From NCBI GenBank assembly GCA_013239625.1, contig MU053431.1, forward strand, positions 994,001-1,058,000: a DNA stretch of 64,000 nucleotides, given 5' to 3'. Of the stretch, positions 47,649 through 60,569 are shown one piece after another. The first letter of the stretch is position 1; each line of letters opens with the position of its first letter. The translations under genes and the position numbers were made by a program. The stretch comes from Lama guanicoe. Lineage: Eukaryota. Under the pieces are notes generated by a model that was given only the letters and a program-made list of their open reading frames with translations, was not told the origin of the DNA and made no database searches.

Positions 47649-47892
47649 CTCTGTGCTTAACACACATCAGCGCTTGTCTTCCTGGGCGTCCTTGTGGCCG
47701 AATAAACTCAGGGATGTGGGGTCAGGGGAGCATCTTCGTGAGTGTGAATGTGTGAAGTTTTGTGCCATGATGCCATTAGAAAAGATGGGTGGATGGATAG
47801 ACAGGCAAGAAGGAAGGAAAAGGAGGGAAGGAGGGAAGGAGGGAGGGAGGAAGTCTGTGTTTGTAGAGGAAACACACTTATGTAAATGACCG

Positions 47893-47968
47893 TCGGTCAT
47901 CACCAAAGGTGTCTCCAGACTTTGCCACATGTCCCCAGGGGAACAGAACACCCTCTGGCTGGGAATCT
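47893..47968 (-). mobile_element. MER20 terminal fragment
   Basis: CACCAAAGGTGTCTCCAGACTTTGCCACATGTCCCCAGGGG versus the MER20 reverse complement ACCAAAAATGTCTCCAGACATTGCCAAATGTCCCCTGGGG. Confidence 0.7.
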
Positions 47969-49829
47969 TTGCATTTGAGTCAGAAGGGACGTGAGGCAGG
48001 GAACTGACTGCACAGGTGAAGAGCGCCGCGGGGGTCAGTGCGGGGCCACGCCTCGGGGACGGGAGGCCATCACCTAGGAGCCACATGGGGCAGTGGGATG
48101 AGCCTGAGTATTCAGTGTGGACCACAGTAAATTATCAAATGTAATTGAAATCTTTGTGGCAAACTTCGTTTAAAGAAACGGCATAAACATTTGGGTTGAG
48201 TGTGGACGCAAGAGACGAGCTCGCCCGGGAGAGGAGGGGGCCCGGGCCACATGCCCACGCTGCCCGGCCAGCTGGCGGCCAGGAGGGTACTGGACGTCTT
48301 TCTGAGGCCCGGTTTCCCTGCCTGCAAAATGGAGCTGAGTCGACGTGAGGGTCAAACAGGATCCTGCCTCAGGGATCACACGGTGCCGCGCGGGGGGAGT
48401 CCTGGGGACATCTTGTCACGGCAGACAGCTGGTCCCCTTGTACTTGGGACATGGTCACCCTCCTGGGACAGCCCTGGGGGTTGCTTTCCAGGTGCCTCTC
48501 TCCCTCAGCCTGGGGCCCGTCTCCGCCCTTTCAGAGCAGATGCTGAAGGTGCTCATTCACGTGTCGCCTTCGTGCGACCCCACCTTGGTGCACGTGTTTA
48601 GGAGGCCCGCTGCGATGGAAAGAACTTCGAGAACAAACTGAACGCCTACAAAAGCATGATTTATTTTAATTAAACCATAGAGAGAGCCTGGCAGACTGAT
48701 CGTGAGTCACATCCAGTGGCCACGGTGTCTGTTCTGTACGTCACAGCTCCTCTTTAGGGAGGTTCTGACTTGTCACCACGCCTCCCTGGGGACCAGCCAT
48801 CAACAGGAAAGGTGCTTTAGCAAGTTATTGAGTGTAAAGTATTTTTGCAAACAAAATAAAATTTACTTAGAATCTAAACAGGAAGCACAGAGAGAAAGCT
48901 AGAGACCAGCGTCCGGGGAGATCCTGCCCCTGACGGTCAGGACTGCCCCTGCCAACACAGTGCTGAGGGTCGGGGGCAGCAGAGCTGGATGCAGGGGCTT
49001 GGTGCGAACCTGGGCCACGTTCCCCTCTGGGTCGTGGGGCACGGAGCTGCTTCTTTCTGCGGTTGCATTTCCTTATCTGTACGTTGAGGGTGCCACAGTT
49101 CCTACCCGGGAGGGTCTTGGAAGGACAAAACAAGATGCCCGCAGTGCCCAGGAGTGTTCCGCGAAGCCACCCCCCTGGGCGGTGGACGGGTGGCCATCCT
49201 CACTGCAGTGAAGTCCCGTCCCCACGCAGGGTCCGAGCAAAGCCTCGTATGTGTCGTGCTTCCCTAAGATGTGTCCCGAAAGCCACCGCAAGGACTAGTG
49301 GGCCTAGAACGTCCCAGCACAGGACACATTGCCTCTGGGCCTCTTGGCCTTGGAGTGTCTCCCCGGGAGCAGACCTGGCCCACATCAAGGAACTCTGCAA
49401 CCTCCCTTCCCGACTTCCCAGGGAGGTGGCTCCAGACAGGAGTGAAGGCGTCTGCAGAGGACTGCGTCCATCACATGGAATCCAAGGCGAGCTGGACAGG
49501 CTGTGAGGCCTGCCCTCGGTGGCCAGACCCAGGGGCGAGAGGATGAGGACTCTAATGTGAGGATAAGGACAAAGAGGAAGGGAAAGACAGTGTCAACACA
49601 GGGGACACAGATGCTGCCGAGGAGATCGCCCAGGGGGAGCGGTGGGGGCTTTCCTAGCGAGGAGCAGAGAGCTCAGAGCCGTGTTTGCAGGGTGGGGGGC
49701 AGCGGATGAAGAGGCTGAGAGGGAGCCGAGTGCCGGCTTATTTCCGGGGCTGCCCTGGGCAGACCACAGCAGGTCACCAGGCGCCCCCAGTGCCGGCCCA
49801 GGTGAGCCCCGCGATGCTGCCCCGGAGCT

Positions 49830-49925
49830 GCAGCACGGGAGGCTGAGAGAGGGCGACCAGCTGTCCAGGGCCACACAGTGAGTGAGTGTGGGACTTGAGC
49901 CCAATTACCTGCAACTGCAGGCTAG
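49830..49925 (-). mobile_element. MIR fragment
   Basis: GAGGCTGAGAGAGGGCGA..AGCTGTCCAGGGCCACACAG...GGACTTGAGCCCA. Confidence 0.55.
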
Positions 49926-50669
49926 CTGTGGGGCTCCACCCAAGCAGGGGTGCTTCTGTTTCTGAGTCGTGGGGCTGGGGGTCTTCTAGGGGCTCCAGTC
50001 GCCTTTCGGGGTTAATGCATCATCAGCAGCATGTGTGAAAATCTCCACGGCGAGACCCCCGGCAGGACCGGGGGGAGGCGCCTCTCCTGAGCGGTGCCCA
50101 GAGCCTCGTTAGGATCCCCCACGCCAGGCATGAGAACACGGCCAGGGCCGGGTTTCGCAAGTTTGGTTTCCTCTGGGTGTTTAATCAGTATATTCATTCA
50201 ACATTCAAATATTTAATGAGAACTTTTTCCTCCTCCGTGATGTCAGAAATCCCCGACATTTGCCCAACCAGCCTGGCGTCTTTAGGCAGGATCTGCGTTT
50301 GCGGCGTCCACGGTTTGGAGCAGCCTGTGTGGTCGCCTGTTCCAAGAAGCCTGTGTGGGAGTGGGAAGCGGGGCAGCCCGGGGCTCCACGGGGTCAGAAA
50401 TAATGATGTCTCCTTATCAGGAGAGCCACGCACCAGCAGATCGACGGAAACAACCCTGAAAGCAGTGAGAACCACACCACTTTAGGCAGAGAAAAGAACG
50501 GGGATTTCTTTCTTTGTTTTCCAGGGGTTTTTTATTTTTTATTTTTTAGACTTGTCTGTCTCAGCAGACGCTGTTCGGATGCTCACAGCCTCCATATTTT
50601 TTAAAACACTGCTGTTGTAACAGGCTCGGGTGCATCTCCGTGGGTTCACCTTCTAAGCCTGGTGCTGAC

Positions 50670-50800
50670 CCACAGGCAGGGCAGCTTTCCCGTCACTACC
50701 CAGGTTTCAGATAAGGAAATCGAGGCTCCAGGAGACTGTGACCCGGGAGGTCCTTTAGCCGAGCTGGGCTGTGAGCACAGGTCGCGTGGCCTTGACTTCT
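50670..50800 (-). mobile_element. MIR fragment
   Basis: TTTCAGATAAGGAAATCGAGGCTC...GAGCTGGGCTGTGAGCACAGGTC. Confidence 0.55.
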
Positions 50801-51698
50801 GCCCCCGCCTTGAGGGCTGCCGTGAGGATCGCACAGGATGGTGCGCCAAGGCCTTGGTCCATCGGAAAGCACCGTACGGACATCCGTGCTCCGCTGCAGC
50901 CCGGGGCCAGGGGTCAGCCGTGCGCCGCCGCCCGCGATGGCCTCCTAGGGGAGGGCTGTCTCGGCCCCCGCTCCTCGAGGGAAGCCCGTCTTTCATTCCT
51001 GCATGTGTCTGAGCACCTGTGGTGGGGCAGACGGGTCCCGGGTGTGGGCGACACGGAGGAGACAGCAGTTCCTGCCGTTGGGAGGTGCCCGTTGTAGCAG
51101 TGGCATGGAGGGCCTGGACGTAAACCATCGGGGGCCGTGGCATGTGTCCAGGAGCCAGAGTAGACCCCTGTACCTCAGACTGGCTTGGAACATTCTGGAA
51201 GGAAAGTCAGGGTCATTGAGTGGAGCGGGAGGGAGCAGGAGGAGGGAAGGATCACCCAGTGTGGCCGGGACTGGGCGGATCTGTACACGGACGCCTGCTG
51301 CTGTGAGAAGCAGGTCTGGTGGGGGCACACGACAGAGCTTGGGGGGGGCACGGCCTCAAAAGCAGGCAGACCCGAGCCCTCGGCCACCAGAGCCGGGAGC
51401 AGCGGCGTCTGTGGCTTGGTGGGGGGGGCTTCCTCGTCCAGGACTTGGACAACGGGTCCTCCCCAGCAGGGCCACCAGGGCAGCCCCCCACAGGGACGTG
51501 GCCTCTGTGAACTGTGGCCATGGTGGTCACTCTCACTAACCTTCCAACGGCTCCTCCACACTGTGCCCCTGGGTCCAGTTGGTGGAGGTGTCCCTGTGTC
51601 CTGTGGGCCTCTGAGGGCCCCCCTCTGGCTTAGGGACTTCCGTGGTGTCCCCAGGACAGGCATCCAGCCCCGCGTGTGCCAAGCCTGGGGGGCAGACT

Positions 51699-51890
51699 GA
51701 GGACCCCCACCTCAGCCCTGTGGACACTCAGGGCAGGATCCTTCTCAGCTGAGGCCGCCTGGGCAGTCAGGGGGTCTGGCAGCCTCCCTGGCTTCCACCC
51801 ACGAGATGCCTCCCTCCCCACTCTGGCCATAAAAATGTCCCCACACTGCCAAGTGTCCCTGGGGGAAGGACCAGTCCTGTCCAGAACAAA
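51699..51890 (-). mobile_element. MER20 hAT MITE, near full length
   Basis: ACCTCAGCCCTGTGGACA...GGCAGCCTCCCTGGCTTCCACCCACGAGATGCC...AAAAATGTCCCCACACTGCCAAGTGTCCCTGGGGG. Confidence 0.8.
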
Positions 51891-54014
51891 CAGTGACTGC
51901 TTGTGTGTTTTAGGCGGGGAGATGTAGCTGACAGCCAGCAAGGGCACCACCGACCTGTGCAGGTCACCTTGAGTGGGGGCCACGTTGGGACCCCCGGGTG
52001 GCCGAGTGCGGAGCTCACACTGTTGACTTGTGGGCCCCGGGAGTCTGCTGTCCCCCAGGGGAGTCCACAGCAGCCGTGCATGTGGCTAATGTGAGGCCCG
52101 GGCCCTGAGGCCAGCAGGTGGGGGTCACCGTGAGGCGTGTCCATCCTGCCGCAGATGACCTGCTGGGCTTCCCTGCCTCTGCACACCCCTGCCAGGGGCC
52201 CCTGAAGGCTGCCCTCCTTCCTGCGCCTCTGGAATTCTCCGCCACCCACTCCTCACCTGCCCTGCCTCCCGGGGATCCGTGCGTCTCTCACATGGGCTGT
52301 TTCCTCCCTCAGGAACTCCGACCATGGTCAGGTTGGAAATACCGACAGATTCTGTGTTTTCTGTAGAGACAGGTGCCGCCCGGGGCCCCCCTTGGCTCAC
52401 CGCCTCCCCTTCCCTGGGCAGAGGGAACTGGGCACCTTCCCCACCGGGCCTCCTTGGTTGAGCATCTGGGGGTCGCTCAGCAGTGCCCGGCTTCCCCACT
52501 GCTCTCGGGGTCTTCCATTCATTTTTCAGTCCATCCATTTGCCCACGTAACCCAGGCTTCGTGAATTCATGCCATTCGTGTTCACAAAGGCAGAGTGCGT
52601 GTGCTCCTGCCAGGAGCCTGGTCAGTCTTCTGGGTGCAGGAGGACGCTGTCCCCGGCCGGAGCCCCACGGACCATTCGTCCAGCCTGCACAAGGGCGGGG
52701 CCGGCCGGTGAGGCTGCGGGCTTCGCGGGCCCGGCTCTGGGCTTCCACACTCAAGTGTGAGAGGCGCAGACCCAGCAGAGCAGTGAGCACTCTCCCCTCC
52801 GCATCCGGACCCTCCCGGTGCCGCCGTGTGACCGCGCCCAGGACGGCCGCATGAGGTCAGGGATGGACGGTGGGCCCCTCCCTGGAGGGCAGGGTGGCGT
52901 CTCAAACTTTCTTCATCTCCGCATCCTCGTTCCGGGCGGTGCGCTGCATACAGTGGGGCTCGATAAACGCTTCTCAGCCGCGGCATCTCACAAACACGCC
53001 CAGCTCTCCGCCGGCGCCTCGGCTCCTCACACAGCAGGCAGGGCGCCCGAGGCTTGTCTGCACACCCCATTGGCAGCTTCCTGGAGGCAGGAGTGTGGGC
53101 CTGGAGGGGTGGCCGCCCACTCCCCGCGGGACAGCGGTGGCCGCCCGAGGGTGGGTGGGGGCCCTCTGGCTGCGGGAGTCCCTCAGAGCAGTTGCTGGGG
53201 GGCTGGAGTCAGGACGCGCGGGGCACACGGTGATGCAAGAAATGACATAAAAGATATAATTCTGAGCATGGACTCCAGGGTCCTAGGAGCAAACCCCTCA
53301 AGGCCGAACGCGCCGTGATCAGAGGCACCGCAGGCCCTTATCCTCCCCCACACGTGTCCCGAGGTGCGTGCCGCTGGCTTTAATTGTTGATATTTCTTTT
53401 TAAGTTAAAGATGAATTTGAGACAGCTACGAACTTGGAGGCTTTATCTTCCAGTTACAGGGAGAATGTTAAGAGCGATCCCTGGAGGAGGCCACGGGCTC
53501 TCCAGCCGTTATCAGAGGTGGCCGACACCGGGGGGAGGAACCCAGGGTGGTGGGCTTCCGGAAAACGGTGGCACTGCCACCCTGTGCCCTGCTCCTGTGG
53601 TGGTGCCCGTGTCCCGTGTGTCCCCCGTCCCCTTCCTCATCACAGCCAGATGGGCTGAGCCCCTCCCAGCTTCTTAGACAGTCGTGGGTCTTTACACAGG
53701 ACTCTGCTTCTCTTGTTGGACAGATGGATGGACCTGTGGTGACCCCAGCATAGGAATTAGGGGCACACAGACCCCTGGGACAGGGAGCTCTGTCTTTTCC
53801 CAGTGTCCGCCTCTCCCTGGGCTCCGAGGTGAGTGAAAGGCTCTAGCAGAGTTCCTGGCACCCCTGGAGGCCTGGAAGGGCAGGCAGCTCAGCCCAGGAC
53901 ATCCTGCAGAGCAAGCTCTGAGGGTGAATTCACCCAGGACCCTCGAGACCTCAGGCACCATCCCCAGACCCCAGCTTTTCTCTCCAGCCCAACCAGACAT
54001 GAATGCAGTCCCGC

Positions 54015-54433
54015 CTCCCATCCTCTCACCCACCCATCCACCCATCAGTGTAACCATCCATCCACCCACCTACCCATCCATCCATCCACCCACCCATCCA
54101 TCCATCCACCCATCCATCCACCCATCCATCCACCTGTTGTAACTCTCACCCACCCATCCACCCATCAGTGTACCCATCCATCCACCCACCCACCCATCCG
54201 TCCATCCATCCTCCCAACCACCACCCATCCTCCCAACCATCCACCCACCCATCCATCCACCCATCCATCCATCCTCCAATCCACCCACCCATCCATCCAT
54301 CCATCCATTCATCCTCCAATCCATCCACCCACCCACCTATCCATCCATCCATCCATCCATCCATCCATCCATCCACCATCTACCCATCCATCCTCCCATC
54401 CATCCATCCTCCCATCCATCCACCCACCCATCC
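54015..54433. repeat. Imperfect (CCAT/CCAC)n tetranucleotide microsatellite
   Basis: Read directly; it is the source of the HPSI/WMDG pseudo-ORFs. Confidence 0.95.
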
Positions 54434-55817
54434 CGTGCCCAGTTGCCCAGGAAGGAGATGCTGTGGGCATCATTCCCAGTGAGGCTCAACCCTGAAGGAA
54501 GCAGCTTTGGAATTCCAGAGGTCAGAACATGAGGAGGAGGATTCTCTAGTGGCTCTCCAACTTCACACACACCCAGGACCCCCTTCTGCTGAACCTTGGA
54601 ATTGAGGGTACCATTTTCTGGATACCCCCTGTATCCTCAAAGCTTACCCGGCTGTGGCCTGCTCTGTGGACCTCAGGACTAGTGGCTGGACAAAGAGAGG
54701 CCTCGAAGCTGCCACAGTGGGGGCTGCTCCTCTGCTTGGAGGTGGTGGGGGCCAGAAAGAGGAGAGGGCCCTGCTCCTCAGTGCTGGCTTCTCACCCCTG
54801 GGACTGGACCTCAGTGTCATGCTGTTATTTTTTTCTCATCTCGTTTCCAACATGAAGGGCTTGCCGTGGGGACCAGCACTGACGGCCACTGCAGAATTCC
54901 GTAGGCGTTCACCCTCTGCCTGCACCCTGAGAAGGGGTCCTGGAGACCCTGAAAGGGAACGTGGGGGACTCAGAACTTCGTCAAACAGCCAAACGTCGAC
55001 TTCTATCTAATCTCGGAGAGTGGCTCAAACTGTTAAAAATGAGAGCGAAGAAAAGTTTCTTTCTCCGAAAGAGACCTGCTGGGGATCTGATTACATTAAC
55101 AAGCCGGACGCGGCTTTTAAGCTAGGATTTTTGCCCGAGTAATTAGTTTTCTCATTTACCAGCTAAAGCGGGGTCTCCGTCGCTGTTGAGATCGTCAGGC
55201 CCTCTGCGGGACCTGTCGGCGCCTGATCGTCTGCACACAGCTTCTGCGTCCCTCCCCCAGAGCCCTCACGCCGCTCCCCGCAGGGCTTTCGTTGCGAGTT
55301 GAGGCCCAGGCTGGGGAGGGAGGCCACTGGTCCCCACCCGGCTGCCATCCTGCCTCCTCCCCCAGGCCCCGGCGCTCCCGGCTCTGTGCCCCCCCGTGAC
55401 CCCCGGACACCTGAGACCCTCCATCACTGGGCATGCTGGGAGCAAACAGTCTGAACTCAGAGTGTGAGGGGGTCAGACCCCCGGGGAGCTTTTTCCGAGG
55501 TTGGCTGGACGACTACAACTCGAGCCCGAGCGGAGGGGCCTGAGCCGCGGGGAAGGGACGAGATTCCAGCTGCACCTCGGCCAGACTGCTGACCTCCCCG
55601 GGTGACCGCTGCGCAGCATGGGGGCTAGTTTCAATGATTCTCAGTTCTGGCCGACCCCAGGGCCCTGGCCCTCCGGCCTCGGGCTGCAGGAGAGCCCCGG
55701 ACTCCGGTCCGCTGCAGGCTCCTGGGCCCACCCGAGACCGGGGTCCAGTGCACCTCCTGGCGGCTTTGGAGGTTTGTTTGTTTTGCTTTTTGCTCTTCTT
55801 CTGCTTTTCTTCTTACA

Positions 55818-56090
55818 CTTTTTTTTAACTTTTTTATTTTGAGATAGTTGTAGATGTGTGGGAAGTTGTGAGGCCAGTACGGAGAGGCCCCAGACACCGC
55901 CCCCCAGCCTCCCCCAGGGGTGACACCCGCCATGACCGTGGTACAGAGTCACAGCTTGGACACTGGCCAGGTTCTCTGCCATTGATCTCACGTGTAGATC
56001 CGGGCAGCCACCACTGCGATCAGACACGGAGCTGGGCAGGGCCACTGCCCTGCAGAGCCACACACGCGAGGCCCTGGCCACTGGTGACAG
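55818..56090 (-). mobile_element. Old L1 3' end (L1MC-like) with poly(A) remnant
   Basis: TTTTTTATTTTGAGATAGTTGTAGAT...GGAAGTTGTGAGGCCAGTACGGAGAGGCCC...CCCAGCCTCCCCCAGGGGTGACA follows the L1MC 3' reverse complement but is strongly GC-shifted. Confidence 0.65.
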
Positions 56091-58432
56091 TTCTGAAGCC
56101 GCAGCGAGGTGATGAGTTGGGAATGCTAGAGGGGCTGTGCTGGTAATGTCGGGACCTGACCCTGCGGCAACTCTGGCCACCAGGGCAGCTGTGGCCTGTG
56201 CTGGTCAGCACCCCAGGTCACCCGGGCCTCTCGGAGCACCCTCTCCAATCGTCCTTCTCTCGGGGGGACCGCGTCAGACCCGCGGCTGATGGCGGCTGCT
56301 GACCCCCTCTGCCAGCGCGGCAGCTCAGCGCGGCGAGCACCGCTGAATTCATCGATCCCTCCCTCCCGCGTGTCAGTCGCTGGGCTGCCGTTTCCTGTGT
56401 GCTGGCTCACCGTGCGATGCTCGCAGCTCCCCACCCGGAGTAAAACCGCTCACAGTGTTAATCACGTGGCCACTTTGAAGACATGAAGGGACGTGGGCGG
56501 TGGGTCACCTTGGTCGGAACCGGAGTTAAGCGTGACGGCTGGGAGCCGAGGGCGCGTCGAGCTGGTGCTCGCCCAAAGTGGGCCGTCGCCGGCAGAGCCC
56601 TAAGGGGAAAGGGGTCGTTTTCCTTGAAGATCCATCTCTGTCTTCTCTGGAGATTTACGCTCTTACCGCAGAGCTGAAGGCCGAGCTTCTCAGGAACTCG
56701 TGGGGCTGGGGCGGCATCTTCATTTCTTGGTGGACTGGAGGTTCGCCAGCCAGTTATTTCCCACCCTTTTTTACAGGGAGAATACCGCGGTGAACGGAAA
56801 ACGGCCTGGCTGTCTGGCAGTGGAAATGGCCGTCTTTGTCATCCTGGGGCCGTTTTTTCAGATGCTGAACCCAAGCACGGTGCTGTTTGTCCTAATTGCC
56901 TTCTGTTCGGGTTTGAAGTAATTACTTTCTTACAGGAGATTTTGCTGCTTTATCTTGGTGGACAGCTCACTTGGGAGAGCTGACGGGAGGAAGAAAGCCA
57001 TGGATCTGGCGTCCCTGTGAAACGCTGAAGCTTTTGATGTTTAGTGTAGATTTTGATAGAAAGTCCCGGAGGAAACAGCAAGACGCGTCTGTAGCTGGAG
57101 GAGGGCAGGCGCTCAGAGCCGTTTACTTTTCTCGCTCTTGGTGACATCTGAGTGGCACAGCCAGGCCAGCCTTCCTGCTTGGAGAGATCTAAAGCCAGCT
57201 CATCGGAGCACGGATACCGGTTTTATACGTGTCTCTGTGGCCACACTCAGTGCGACCCAGACAGCCCCCTGTGGTCCGGGTTGCACGGGGCGGGCCCCCA
57301 GAGGCAACGTGAGCCTGCGCTGGGCGAATGCAGACAGCGCAGAAGGCAGCGCGCGGTTAGCCAGGTGCGCACCCAGGCGGGGGCTGCCTCCGTCCAGGGA
57401 GTTCAGACAAGTGTACAAGCCAGTAAACCAGGGAGGGAGTGCGGCCACCACCCAGAGAAAGGTGAAAATAACCTCTGGACGTGAGCTCCGGTCACACCCC
57501 GTGGCAGACGAGGGAGGCTTCAGGGCGAGAGGGATCTGAGATGGTCCTACAAGGCCTGGCCGGAGCTGCTGGCAGAGAGTTACAGAGGAGCCTTGAAAGC
57601 AGACGTGTTTTTCCTACTGATGGAAAAGTCTGCTTTCATCACCCAGCAAACTCAGCGAAGATTAATTAAACATGAGACATCGATTAATGTTTGAAGAGAG
57701 AAGGGAGTTTGGGCTATGCTGTTGGTCTGTCTTTGGGCGATTCAGGCTTCCGTTCCTACTAATGACTCCTTAATCCTGCAAGCTGCAGCTCCGGGCCAGG
57801 GGGACGAGGGATCCATGCCGGGCAGTGGGGCACCGCAGCCCCTCGGGGATGTTCCACGTGCGTCTCTGTCTCTGTCAGGAGATCGGTGGGTGGCCTGTGT
57901 CGGTGCCACGTGGCCTGGTGACACCACGAGGCCCACGTGGGCGGCTGCTCGGGTCTATGCTGCCTCCTGCCCCTGCCGCGTGCTCGGGCCACGCTCCTAG
58001 CCTCCTCCGGTGCTGCCGAGACAGGGGACGCTCGGGGCAGCGCAGGGCGGCGGGAGGAGGCCCTGCGGCCCCTCTCTGCTGGAGGCCCCAGGGGCGGGTT
58101 CTGCGGCATCAAACCAGGAGCCCGGCCTGGAGGAGGCGGCTTACCTGGACATGCAAAGCGCACAGCCTCACGGGGTCTTCCTCCAGTGGATCTGGGGGAA
58201 GTTTCACGATTGGCGTGTTCTGGTTACTGCTGGCAGTGGCGGCCCCTTTCCCTGCTACCAAGCTGGCTGCAAACGTCTGCCTGTCAGCCCACCACAGCCG
58301 AGCCGGGTCCGCACGGTCCTCTGGCCACGTTCTCGCTTTGAACCTGCCCTTCCCTGACCCCTCTGTGTCTCTCTCCACTGTTCACTGGCGTTGTAACCCT
58401 GTCCGTGCGTTGAGCCCCTGCTGTGTTGCAGG

Positions 58433-58772
58433 AGTTAAAGAAAAAGAGGTCATTCTGACACCCGTTAAAGGAAAGGGAGACTGTAAGGAGACAGGCTGAC
58501 CCGAACTCCCAGAACAGCAGAGGCAGCTGGGGGTATCGATAGGCAGAGTCAGGGGTCGGTGGTGGAAAATCACGGAGAAGAACCTGATTAGGTATCGGGG
58601 TGGGGGAGTCTTGCTAAAGGCAGGCCAAGGAGTTAGATACGGGGAGGTGGTCCATAACGGGCTGAGCAGGGTTCTTTGAAGGAGCCTGGCTTGGCAGGCC
58701 AAGGTCAAGCCTGGATGGGGAAGAGGGGTCAAAGGAATGCAGCAAAAGTTTAGTCAGAGAGAGTCCTGGTTG
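58433..58772 (-). mobile_element. MER31-like ERV1 solo LTR
   Basis: The reverse complement starts GACTCTCTCTGACTAAACTTT, contains CTTGGCCTGCCTTTAGCAAGA and ends TTTAACGGGTGTCAGAATGACCTCTTTTTCTTTAAC, as in MER31. Confidence 0.7.
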
Positions 58773-60144
58773 TGGACACGTGTTTGAGTCCTGAGAACAG
58801 ACGCTGTCGTCGGCCCCTGCAGGCGGACTCGCACAAGCCACTGGGGGCGGCGGAGCAAGGATTCAAAGCCAGTCATGGTGATCCCAGTGCCCGTGCCTTG
58901 GACAGCCCACCATCCTGCTTCGGGGTCCCCTGGTTCCCCAGAAGTGCCGGCCCCCGATCTTGGTAATGAGTCAGTTACAGAGCCCCTGGCCTGCATGCAG
59001 GAGAGGGCAGTGACAGAGGGGAGCCGGCCGAGCATGGCCTGGGCGCCAGCCAGAGCAGGAAGGAAAGGTCTTCACCCGAGTAGGTTCAGCAGGTGGAGAG
59101 ACCCCTCCCAGAGCCCGCCCTTGGCCACCACGTGCGGCATCCGGGCAACGCTGGATGCCCTGAGCAGGGACGGGAGGAGCCGTGTTCACGGGCCAGGTCT
59201 CTTCCCACAGCCCTGCTTCCCTGCTGGTTCCTGAGATGCTCTATGCGTGTGGACAGGCAGCACCCCACCCCCCGGGTCAGCAGCGCTGACGAGCCAGGAT
59301 GGAAACCAGCCTCCCTCGCCCTCCGAGGGCTCGAGGAAACAGGCGCTTCAAGCTGGATCCCAAAGACAAAAGCATTCAGGGAGGGCCACAGAGGCTCGGA
59401 TGCTGTAGAAGGGAATCCCACCAGCCAGATTCCAGACACGGGTGGCCCCTGCTGTTCCTTTAAACTGCTCTGGCTTATGAACCCGCCCAGAGAGCCTTCA
59501 AAACAGCCAAGGATTTCTAGTGGCATAAACGTGTGTGCAGCAGAAAGAAACGCTCGCGGCTTCCGAGTCGACAGACAGCAGCCCAAGACAGCCGCTGTCT
59601 TCATCATCCAGACAGAGGCAGTGTCGGCGCGGAAGTGTCACCGCAGGGTGACGTGGAGGCCTTGAAGGTGAATTAACCAGGGGCCTTGTCATGAAGAAAT
59701 CATGACTGTCCCACCAGCGAGGGTCCTGGGGTTTCTCTGCTTCAGTGGTGCAGAGGGAAGGACAGCCACTTGGTCCTTGAAGAGCCCGGCCTCCCAGGAC
59801 GGCCCCTTCCGTGGGACACTCACGCCCACGGCTGCTCCACCCCCTGCAGCTCACAGCTCCGAGCTCGCTCCCAGAGGCAGGGACCCTGGGAGCTCAGTAC
59901 ATGAGCCACTACGGGTGTGTCCCTGACCTTGGGAAGGCCCAATCATACGTCCCAGACACCTGCCAGCTTTGATGAGCCCTGGTGTTCAATTAGCATATTA
60001 CTTTTTAAGTATAAGTAGACATAAATGAATAAAAAAAAATGAATAAATTGATTCAGGCACACTTGTCTTGGGAAAACCCAGTAGAGAAATATGTAAATTT
60101 GTAACAGGGTTTCTCCCCTTTCATTTTACAAACAGAGCCCTCCC

Positions 60145-60457
60145 TGTGTGAGTCTGCCCCAGCCACCACCACAGAATACCCGGGACTGGGCGGCTTAAGC
60201 ACAGAAATTCGTCTCTCGTAGTTTGGAGGCTGGGAAGTCAGAGACCAGGGTGCCAACAGGGCCTCCCCTCCCGGCGGGTCGGCAGCAGCCACCCTGCCGT
60301 GTGCTCATATGACCTCTTGGAGCGCAGGGAGAGAGGCAGAGAGACAGACAGCTCTGGCGGCTCTTCTGATAAGGGCACTGATCCCGTAGGACCAGGGCCC
60401 CACCCCCAGGACCTCAGTTGACCTAATGGCTTCCTTAGAGGCCCCACCTCCACATTC
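60145..60457 (-). mobile_element. MLT1A-like MaLR LTR
   Basis: ACAGAATACC..GACTGGGCGGCTTAAGCACAGAAATT...TGGAGGCTGGGAAGTC...ATAAGGGCACTGATCCC...AGGCCCCACCTCCA. Confidence 0.85.
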
Positions 60458-60569
60458 AGCTTACACTCAGCACTTCTGTCCCTTCATCCCCACTAGCTTC
60501 TTGGCTCCCTGGTCTTCCTCTTTCTCTGTGTTTCTACAATTTCTCTTGTCAGTTGTGTGTGACACTGGG

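Noticed and set aside
53833..54570. HPSI/WMDG-repeat ORFs
   Set aside because: They are translations of the (CCAT)n microsatellite
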